A DNA stretch of 17,215 nt, taken from Snowella sp. Lineage in GTDB: Bacteria > Cyanobacteriota > Cyanobacteriia > Cyanobacteriales > Microcystaceae. The stretch lies in contig JAYKGY010000148.1 in the NCBI GenBank assembly GCA_035285545.1, positions 1 to 17,215 on the forward strand, written 5' to 3'. Under the pieces are notes generated by a model that was not told the DNA's origin, ran no database searches, and saw nothing but the letters and a program-made list of their open reading frames with translations. Shown in pieces: positions 17,046-17,215 of this stretch (positions within the stretch are counted from its first letter, which is position 1; the number at the start of each line of letters is the position of its first letter). The position numbers and the translations under genes were made by a program.

Positions 17046-17154
17046 AATCCCCTCCTATCGAGTCCAATCAGCCCCATCTTAACGGAATATAAAATATTAC
17101 CGTAATTTGCCTCTCTCGCATTAAACTAGATTGAAATGTTCGTGAGGAGACAAA

Positions 17155-17215
17155 ATGCTTAAAAAACTCTCGATTACGCTGTTAAGTTTACTGTTGGTTC
17201 TAGGCGGAACGAAAG
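17155..17215 (+). CDS. 5' fragment of a probable secreted or envelope protein, truncated by the window end
   Basis: MLKKLSITLLSLLLVLGGTK..., a basic n-region plus hydrophobic h-region; GAGGAG SD 5 bp upstream. Confidence 0.75.
   Translation, partial: MLKKLSITLLSLLLVLGGTK

Overview
This is chromosomal DNA from a cyanobacterium: it has about 21 exact HIP1 octamers (GCGATCGC, counted by eye), heptamer tandem repeats, psbK and ycf35. Most genes are housekeeping or conserved hypothetical: argG, a retropepsin-like protease, a GNAT, a degenerate DinG-like helicase, a non-catalytic M16 subunit, a GltL-like ABC ATPase, a DUF2997-ycf35-ferredoxin operon, DUF1997, an SDR, moaA, a GT2 plus methyltransferase pair, psbK (missed by the ORF track) and a HAD hydrolase. 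The most striking structure is an 861-bp insert with no integrase (6631-7491) that carries a VapBC-type toxin-antitoxin pair. It sits at the HIP1/CGATCG site within the last 16 codons of the ABC ATPase gene. The insert supplies a synonymously different replacement 3' end, and the displaced 48-bp end remains at 6583-6630. Family assignments come from motif recognition only; no database search was run.
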